64,000 bases of DNA, taken from sequence record MZ475893.1; one strand, 5' to 3'. The notes beneath the pieces were generated by a model. That model had not been told where the DNA came from and searched no databases. It saw nothing but the letters and a program-made list of their open reading frames with translations. The position numbers were made by a program, and so were the translations under genes. Shown here one piece after another: positions 19,447 to 27,400 of the stretch (the stretch's first letter is position 1; each line of letters starts with the position of its first letter).

Positions 19447-22400
19447 TTCTTCGTAATCCTCTTGACTGCGTTCTTGAGGAGACTGCGGCTGATTTTGATT
19501 TTCTTCTTCGCATCACCAGCAGCTGCGGCAGCTTTCTTAGCCTTCTCTTCGGCTTCGTATGCTTCCCACTGCTTGATGTTCTTCGGAAGTTCTTTCTTCC
19601 ACAGATCGATGTTCTTCTGATCTTTCTTGGTCAGAGGATTCACTTTGCCCATAGAACGAATCTTGATGCCATTAGCCCACAGTTGCTTCTGCATCCACGT
19701 GGACATGAGATGGTACTGGTCTTCCATGATGCTATCAAGTTTCTTATCGACGTCGAGATCAGCTTCGCCCAACTCATCACGCTTCTGCTCAAGGCCAGCA
19801 CGAATATGCTTCCTGAGTTGTTCGTAAGAGAAGTCCCAACCTTCAACGTCTTTCTCTGATGCACCGATCTCAAAGTCGATCTCAGGCACAGACGTGAACT
19901 CAAACCCTGGATGACGCTTCTGTACAAGTTCGACCACTGCACTTGTCATGGCACGCTCAATCATATCAAGCGCGAGGAAAATCCAATCATAGTGACAGTC
20001 AACGGTCAAGGAGTCATGCACCGATACGTTCATATCAAAGTCAGGATAGACACCGTTTGCTTTCCAGTACTCAAACTTCATGCGGTCCAGAATACGAATC
20101 GCACTCATCATCAAGTCAGAACCAAAGCCCTGAACTGGACTGTTTACCGCACGACGGTTACATGCTGCATGAACCATGTTCGCGTCTTTGTGCGACTCAG
20201 GTAACATGAAGCCCCACAGGTAACGACGACGACCAACAGGTGATTCAACGAAGAAGTTCTGATGAGCAAAACTCTGAATCTTATCAAACCACTTCAAGCC
20301 AACAGGGAAGCGTTTAAGGAACTTGCCTTTGATCTCTTCGATCTCACCAACTTCACGTCCAGTTGACTTCGCAAGACCTTTGTTACCCTGCTGATAGATC
20401 AGGCCGAAGATTACTGTCTTAACCGCGTTACGTACGGACTTTGTTACGTCCATTACGTTTGGAATACCGAAGAAGTATGCGGCGTTAATCTTATGCACGT
20501 CACCTTCTGCTTCTACGCGGTGCTTAATCCACGGGTCAGGCACGGTACGATAACGATGACGCAACTCACGACCTTGTTCGAATACGTCTGCTACACCTTG
20601 GTCACCCGAGATGATTGACCAACCTCTAACTTCGTGCGCTGAGTAGTCGACCTTGATTAACAGGCGATTCTTACGCGCAATCAGAATACGTTTGATCAAC
20701 TTACCCATCTCGCTACGACTCGGAACCTGTTGCAAGTTCGGGTCAGATGCAGATGTACGACCTGTCACAACTTTTAGATAGCTGTACGTTGGTCGAATCG
20801 AACGGTCATGCTTGAAGTCCTCACTCTCGCCCCACAGCTTCAACAGGCTGTTAACGTAGGCGTTCTTGAGTTTGTACGCTTTACCTAACTTGGTATACAG
20901 CGAGACAAGAGGAAGTTCTTTGTACGCCTCTTGGAAGTCTTTATCGAGCTTCGCAGACTTCTTACCGTTATCACGTAGTTGCTCACCTTCCTTGAGAGGC
21001 TTTAAGCGCATCACATCGATGAACAGGATTTGCTTATGCTCCTGCTTCGACATATCGAACTTCGTGACCTCGACTTTGCCCATAAGACCCATCTTAGGAA
21101 CATTGTCGTCTCTGCATATCACGGCGTTCGCTGCTTTGACCTCAGGACTCGACATGAACTCGCGTTCAACGTTTCGAATCTCTTCATTGATTGGACTGTT
21201 TGGCAGGTTGAGCTTAAACAGGTAATCAATGTCGGCACCAGCGCCTGTTGTTTCCAAGACACTGAACGCATGAATCTGGTCGGAGATTTGCTCACCCACC
21301 AGCGATTCATACTTCGTGTACTTGCTATCGACGCCACGCTTAATCTGCGACAGATAGATACGGTACGGAACGATAACGTCAAGTCCCGCATACTCCTGCA
21401 CAGCTTCGTCAAGGTCAGAGTCGGCGATTGTCGCACGCATCTCCTTACCAAACGATACTTCATGATAAACAGTCGTGCCATACTGCATTGCGAGGTTGGC
21501 TAAGTTGTAATAACCTTGGCCAGTAACGGTCAACAGCGACTTCGCGTTCTCATCGTTACCAAACTCACCCGCTTGAATATCCCAGACGTCAGCGCAATAA
21601 CTGCGAATGCCAAAGTTGGAACGCATTACGTTCAGGTCAAACTTCGCATTCGTATAGATCTGAACCTTGTTATCGTTGTCTTCGAAGTAGTCACGGAACA
21701 TATCACTAATTCGACGCAACTCTTTACCGCTGAACGGACTGTCCCTGTGATAGATTGGAATCACATAGGCCGTCTCACCGTCGCACGACAACTGCACGGT
21801 CTGAATCTTGTTTTTGATTCGATTCAGGTTCTCGGTTTCTGTATCGACTGCGACCAGCTTAGCACGCTTCATCTTTTTCAAGATCTTTTCAAGCTGCTTA
21901 ACTTTGGTCACATACACCAGCTTCCAGTTACGGTCTTTACCGCAAGTCACTGGCTTAATCGCATAGCGCATACCCTTGTTGAGCCACGGCAACATCCAAC
22001 GTGCCATGTAACCCAGAGTATACGACGATGCGTTTATCACAGCAGGGTTCAGGACTGTGTGATAGCTAACGTTCGGCAGATGGATGAAGCTGTGCTTCTT
22101 GCCATCGTGCTTGAGCTTGGTGGGTATCTCAACTCCATACCAGTGCTCATAGTGTTCTTTTGAATACTGAATCCTTTCATTGTTGAGCGCCTTGAACGGA
22201 GCTTTACCAAAAGTCAGAACGTAGTCTGGCTTGTAGTCAACAATCAGATCACGAATACGATCAGCGAATGCTTGGTCAGCATCTTCCTTGTACTGCTCAG
22301 ACTTGTCATACGTCTTGAACATGTTGTAGCTAACAACGAGGAAGTTCCAATCGTCTAACGTGGTCTTTGTCGGGAACACGTCTTCGAGATACTGAATCTG

Positions 22401-22607
22401 ATTCAGGAACAAATCGCCTTCTGTGCTGCTAAAGATTTTACCATTACGCAGGTCATCAGTTGGCATGTGATCGAGGACAAGTAGTGCTTTACCGCCTTTG
22501 GCGCTTTTACTAACGCCTTTTAAAATACGAACCCCGTCATAAGTCTGCACGTCGGCAAACTGTTCAGGTGGATCGAAGTCAAGAGCAACGTGCTTGATTT
22601 TCACCAT
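19443..22607 (-). CDS. polA: Family A DNA polymerase with N-terminal UDG-like domain and 3'-5' exonuclease
   Basis: VAVDTET (ExoI), YTNAKFDL (ExoII), YAGLD (ExoIII), TGRTSASDPNLQQVP, DYSAHE (A), KTVIFGLIY (B), VHDS (C). Confidence 0.95.
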   Translation of the reverse strand: MVKIKHVALDFDPPEQFADVQTYDGVRILKGVSKSAKGGKALLVLDHMPTDDLRNGKIFSSTEGDLFLNQIQYLEDVFPTKTTLDDWNFLVVSYNMFKTYDKSEQYKEDADQAFADRIRDLIVDYKPDYVLTFGKAPFKALNNERIQYSKEHYEHWYGVEIPTKLKHDGKKHSFIHLPNVSYHTVLNPAVINASSYTLGYMARWMLPWLNKGMRYAIKPVTCGKDRNWKLVYVTKVKQLEKILKKMKRAKLVAVDTETENLNRIKNKIQTVQLSCDGETAYVIPIYHRDSPFSGKELRRISDMFRDYFEDNDNKVQIYTNAKFDLNVMRSNFGIRSYCADVWDIQAGEFGNDENAKSLLTVTGQGYYNLANLAMQYGTTVYHEVSFGKEMRATIADSDLDEAVQEYAGLDVIVPYRIYLSQIKRGVDSKYTKYESLVGEQISDQIHAFSVLETTGAGADIDYLFKLNLPNSPINEEIRNVEREFMSSPEVKAANAVICRDDNVPKMGLMGKVEVTKFDMSKQEHKQILFIDVMRLKPLKEGEQLRDNGKKSAKLDKDFQEAYKELPLVSLYTKLGKAYKLKNAYVNSLLKLWGESEDFKHDRSIRPTYSYLKVVTGRTSASDPNLQQVPSRSEMGKLIKRILIARKNRLLIKVDYSAHEVRGWSIISGDQGVADVFEQGRELRHRYRTVPDPWIKHRVEAEGDVHKINAAYFFGIPNVMDVTKSVRNAVKTVIFGLIYQQGNKGLAKSTGREVGEIEEIKGKFLKRFPVGLKWFDKIQSFAHQNFFVESPVGRRRYLWGFMLPESHKDANMVHAACNRRAVNSPVQGFGSDLMMSAIRILDRMKFEYWKANGVYPDFDMNVSVHDSLTVDCHYDWIFLALDMIERAMTSAVVELVQKRHPGFEFTSVPEIDFEIGASEKDVEGWDFSYEQLRKHIRAGLEQKRDELGEADLDVDKKLDSIMEDQYHLMSTWMQKQLWANGIKIRSMGKVNPLTKKDQKNIDLWKKELPKNIKQWEAYEAEEKAKKAAAAAGDAKKKIKISRSLLKNAVKRITKK

Positions 22608-22646
22608 CTAGTCCTATCAGAGTGTGTAACACAATATGATGGCTGT

Positions 22647-22655
22647 TATTTACAG
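22647..22655 (-). promoter_or_regulatory. Putative early/middle promoter motif CTGTAAATA before polA
   Basis: One of about 12 WWCTGTAAAYA copies; between a terminator and the gene start. Confidence 0.55.
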
Positions 22656-22668
22656 ATTTAGAAACGAG

Positions 22669-22692
22669 AAAGGGCAGCCGAAGCCACCCTTT
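22669..22692 (-). terminator. Rho-independent terminator
   Basis: AAAGGGTGGC-TTCG-GCTGCCCTTT. Confidence 0.75.
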
Positions 22693-22708
22693 GTGTTTTA
22701 ACTGAAAC

Positions 22709-23539
22709 TTATTTTGCAGTGCCCTTGACAGCGGCAACGAACGCAGCGAACGCCGAATCAAAGTCGTTGAACTTGCCCAGCTGCGTAGCTTTGCGATTGT
22801 CTGGATGACCGTGAACAACCTCTTCAATGTGCTCACCGAACTTCACGCTCGCCACAGTGAAGGTGCCTTTACCCATGATGTCCTTGTAGGAGAACTTCAT
22901 GTTAGCGCTTTCACCGAAAACGATAGCAGTGTTCGGTCCGTCCGGAGACGATGTGTAGAAGTAGAAGAAGTCACCAGAGCCATTATCGCCCATACCGCCG
23001 ATAGCGCGTGGTGGAACCTTTTTCAGTCCAGAGAACTTAGCGATACGCTTACCTGCCAGTACGTCATCGCCATCATCAGGCTCAAACAGATTACCGAACT
23101 GGTCCATGGTATGGACAACTACGCCGGTAGCGGCAGAACCCGCAGCTTTGCCGGATCGAGCATTAGTAGCAGCTACACCACGAGCAGGCTTAGCAGCTAC
23201 AGCATTGCCTGCAGTAGGTTTGATTTTGATCGCACGCAGTGCATTGATGGTAGCCACCAGCGTCTTCGCTTTGTACAGGTTACGCACAGCGGTAACGAGG
23301 GTCTTACCAGATGCTTTCTTGGCGAGGCTCTCAGTAGCAGCTTCGTCTTTCAGCACGTCCAGCAGCGTAGACAGGTTAGTAGTGTCCAGCTCTTTGATCT
23401 TGACCAGTTCTTCCAGTCGCTTGACCAGCACGGCAGCATTCTTGCCGAACAGAATAGCAGCATTAGCCTGTTGAGGCTTGGTCGCAGATACGGACTTAAC
23501 CGACGACGCTTTATCGAGATTCAATTTAATCAGTGACAT
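22709..23539 (-). CDS. Ala/Lys-rich protein, MSLIK family (putative internal head protein)
   Basis: N-terminus MSLIKLNL...SVSA shared with 41991-42986 and 42997-43998. Confidence 0.6.
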   Translation of the reverse strand: MSLIKLNLDKASSVKSVSATKPQQANAAILFGKNAAVLVKRLEELVKIKELDTTNLSTLLDVLKDEAATESLAKKASGKTLVTAVRNLYKAKTLVATINALRAIKIKPTAGNAVAAKPARGVAATNARSGKAAGSAATGVVVHTMDQFGNLFEPDDGDDVLAGKRIAKFSGLKKVPPRAIGGMGDNGSGDFFYFYTSSPDGPNTAIVFGESANMKFSYKDIMGKGTFTVASVKFGEHIEEVVHGHPDNRKATQLGKFNDFDSAFAAFVAAVKGTAK

Positions 23540-23550
23540 TGTTTAGATCC

Positions 23551-24105
23551 TTACTTGCGATTTTTAGTCCAGTTAGAATTTTGAGGTTTCTTTTCGCTTT
23601 GTGGCGAAGTGTTTTCCTCGTTAATCTCTTCCTCCTCGTCCTCATCTTCATCCTCGACGACAGGCTCAGCAGCAGGCGCGGCTTCGATCTTAGTCACTTC
23701 GAGAATTTGAGAGGGCAGTGGATTCTGATTTACAGATGATGCGACAGCAGCAGGTTCGCTTACTGTTGGCTCTACAGCAGCAGTCGCACCTACAACATGT
23801 TCGTGGACGATCTGCTTAGTCAGCAACGCGCCTTTCTCAGCGAGAATCTGATCAGCACGTTCTTGGTCCCACTTAACCCACAGGATATCGAGACCCTTAT
23901 GTGCGTACATGAAACCCTGAGGCAGCTTACCACGACCGTTGAACGGCAGGCCGTTAGAAGGAACGCCTGGCTCGAACTCGTCCATCAGTTCCCACTTGCG
24001 CTTAGCTGCGATACACTTCGGTCCCCACACGCCATCACATGCACCATCATACAGATCGAGCATGGTCATGATGACTTGGAGCTTCTGATAGAATTTATTC
24101 AGCAT
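23551..24105 (-). CDS. Hypothetical protein with possible peptidoglycan-binding motif and acidic tract
   Basis: DGACDGVWGPKCIAA resembles the PG_binding_1 DGxxGxxT motif; EDEDEDEEEE tract. Confidence 0.5.
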   Translation of the reverse strand: MLNKFYQKLQVIMTMLDLYDGACDGVWGPKCIAAKRKWELMDEFEPGVPSNGLPFNGRGKLPQGFMYAHKGLDILWVKWDQERADQILAEKGALLTKQIVHEHVVGATAAVEPTVSEPAAVASSVNQNPLPSQILEVTKIEAAPAAEPVVEDEDEDEEEEINEENTSPQSEKKPQNSNWTKNRK

Positions 24106-24367
24106 CTTTCTTTTTCTCCGGACGAGGGACGTCTTTGCCGATGATACGTTTGAACAAACGCAAAGCCATGACAGCTTCGGTCTGAGCCATACGAGATTGC
24201 TGCTGGAACTGCATCGGATTTTCTTTCATCCAATCAACTACACGCTGCAATTCCCGCGCAGTAATCAGCTTTTGGGCCAGCTTACCTTGAAGGTACACAC
24301 GAACACCAGTAGTGGTAATCTTCGCTGCACTGGTGCTCTCTGCCAAATTGATCACAATCTTAGTCAT
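24095..24367 (-). CDS. Hypothetical protein (N-terminal INLAESTSA motif)
   Basis: 90 aa, AAGGA SD. Confidence 0.7.
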   Translation of the reverse strand: MTKIVINLAESTSAAKITTTGVRVYLQGKLAQKLITARELQRVVDWMKENPMQFQQQSRMAQTEAVMALRLFKRIIGKDVPRPEKKKDAE

Positions 24368-24380
24368 TGTCTTTTCCTTA

Positions 24381-24403
24381 AAAGAAAGGGGCCGAAGCCC
24401 CTT
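24381..24403 (-). terminator. Rho-independent terminator
   Basis: AAGGGGC-TTCG-GCCCCTTTCTTT. Confidence 0.75.
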
Positions 24404-24406
24404 GTC

Positions 24407-27400
24407 TTACACTGACTTGTCTTTCGACGCAGTGAGTTTCAGTTTGGTCAACGCAGCCAGACACTGTTTCATGTTCGGGATGCTGTAGCCAGCTTTCTGA
24501 ATACGGTTGATACGTGCTTTCGCACCAGCAACGTTCTTCACGAAGCTAATCCACATACCAGACGACAGGCTGAACGTACCGAACTTACGAGTGTTCGGGA
24601 TTTTCGTTCCCACGAAGCGTTTCACTTTCGGGTTAGTCGCGAGGTCGAACATGATACGCAGACGATCTTCCATCACCATCGGATATGCTTTGATGTGCTT
24701 AACATCTTTCGCAGAGGTGTGACGAATCTGGAAGAACTGTTTCAACTGCGACTGTGCCTTAACAGCCAGCTGGTAGTTGAAGCTCAGCTTAGGCGTAGAC
24801 TCATCGAAGAAGTCCTGAACGAACTCCAGACGGCGAGAGGACGGACCGTCAAAGTCCAGCTTCTTAGCCTCGATGAAGTCCAAGAACTTCTCAAAGTCAG
24901 AGTAGTACGCGCAATCGATATACACGTAATCCCCGAACTCGGTGAACTCGAAGTCCTTGAGCGCTTTCGCATCAGGGTCAGTCGCATCTGCATACAGAGC
25001 AACGAAGCCGTTGTACACGGTAGGCGTCAGTTCCAGAGACATATCGGTACCGTCGTCCAGTGTAACAGCAGCACCACGAACAGCCTTGCGCACTTTATTG
25101 TCCAGCGGAGGAAGTTCAGCAGCCTTACGACGACGAACACGGGCAGCTGCCTGCTCTACGCCTTCGTTGATTGGCTTGCCTTCTTCTTTGTTCGCTTTAC
25201 GTTGAGTAACGCGAGCGTTCTTACGCTCTTGAGCCTCAACTTTCTTCTCGGTTGCTTTCGAGTCGGCAGTTTGAGTCTCATCGGTCACAGTGTCTTCGAC
25301 TTCAACGCGCTTGGCTTCTGCCTCAACACGCTTGCGGTCTTTAGCTGTCGCCCACGGCTTACGCACTTCAAAGAAGCGTTTCAGATCAGCAGGAGATACC
25401 TTACCAGCGTAATGCACTTTGTTCGCAGGCACAGTAACGATTTCCTCGCCACCAGCAAGACGAACACGCACGGTACTGATAGGGCTGTCAGCACGCAGCT
25501 TACCGTCAGCAGTACGAACCGTAACGCTCACGATGATACCGTTACCGAACTCAGTCACAACAGGTGCACGGTTCAGCGCGTCTTTCACGTTCTCGCCACT
25601 TGAGAAGTTCTGGTTGCGTGCCCAATCCAGCAGACGCTCCAGTCCCCAGTTATGACGATCTGGGATCTTCTGGTTAGCAACGATAGGTACCTGCTCCATG
25701 ATACGGAAGTCACGCAGAGCCGGAGTAGCAGGTAGCGGCTGCATTGCTGCAATCGTTGTCTTACGCATCTCTTGGAACTCTTGCGCTTCAATATCGTTCA
25801 GGTCACGCTTGGCCAGGAAGTACGGCTTAAAGTCTTCCATCGTGTTGTTATCGATCAACAGACTTGCATTCATCTTGATTGGAGCAAGCTGATACTGGTC
25901 AAGTTTCTCGTAACGCTGGTTACCTTTCTCATCGAAACGAGTTTTCTCCAGCGTCTTCCACATCAGACGTGCAACCTTACCTACTTCAAGAGTCTTGTTC
26001 GTCATCACCCAATCGATGAACACGGCTTCGCGTTTCATATCGCCTGGCTTACCGTTCTCATCAAGCACGGCAGCAGCAACGTCAGGACGGAAGATACGCG
26101 CAGTAGACTGATCGTATGTACCTGGAGACCACGGTGTGTCACAGCGAATGATACGACTACCCATCTGCATGTTGTGGCCTTCACTGATCGCCTGTTCGTT
26201 AGCAATCAGAATCTGCACACGGTCATCGGTCTTGAACGCGTCAAGGTTGGCCTCTTTGTTCTGGCCTAACTTACCGACTTCACCGTGATACACAACAGCG
26301 ACCTTCTTATAGTTCTCAGGCAGAGCATTAAAGATTGCGTTTGCAGCACGCGTGTAGCGAGTGAACACAATCAGCTTGCCCTGAACCTCTGGCTTCCAGT
26401 AGTCTGGGTCTTCCGGAGGTGGAACCATTGAAGGCGGCAGTGTTTGGCGCTGGAACTCTTCGGACTGCTTACGTGCCAGATACTTCTGACCCTGATAGAC
26501 AGCCATGTCAAGCTCACGAGGAGTAACGCCCTGCGTCCAGTTAAAGATTTGCTGCTCTTTAACCAGCGGGTCACGTTCAGGCTGCACTTCAAAGTGCTTG
26601 CGAATACGCTCGATGATAGTCAGGACTTTCGCAGAAACGAACTTGGTGACACCAGCGTTTTCAAACGTCAGACGAGCAACGTCATCACCCATCGGGTCGG
26701 TCAGCATCATCTCCATGCGCTGGAAGTACATGTTGAGGTCAGCGTTACCTGCGAGCAATGCGCCCAGGTCATCACCTTCTTCAATATCATCTTCGTCAAT
26801 GTCGTCAGAGGCTGTAGCTTCTGCACCGTCCTCTTCGTCATCCTCACCAGCAGATGCAGCACGGCGTTTGGCATTGTTAGCAGCTTCCTGCAACTTCTCC
26901 AACACCTGAGCATACATCGCGTTGTACACCTCTTGGTGCAGCGATGAGTTAGGCACAGTCGGGTCATCAATCTCAACCTGAATGAAGGTATCGATTGGGT
27001 TCGGCAACATGAACGCCCAGTTCTTACGCTTGAACGAGATGAACGCCGTGTGGTTAGACATACGCGAGTGAGCACGACGAATCATTTCAATGTCGTCTTT
27101 CGCGCCGTCGTATGCAACGTCGAGAGAGTCACCGAACATCGCAGGCGTCATCAGTGCAGCCTGACCAACAATGTCACGCACGCGGTCAGTTACCAGAGTA
27201 CCAGTAGCGATACGCGCATAGCGAACAGACGGTGCGGTGAATACTGCTTTGGTGTTGAAGTGCACCTGAGAGCCAGACTGGCCACCAGAGAAGTTCTTAA
27301 CCTTGTGCGACTCATCCAGCATAACGTAGCTGAAATTGAAGCGGTTAACGAACTCAACAGCACCACGTACGCGAACACGCACACCACCAATGTCAACGTT

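Noticed and set aside
24695-25603. Long plus-strand ORFs opposite real genes (also 28892-29791, 46676-47812, 59891-60739 and others)
   Set aside because: Shadow frames of strongly codon-biased minus-strand genes; no SDs or recognisable motifs
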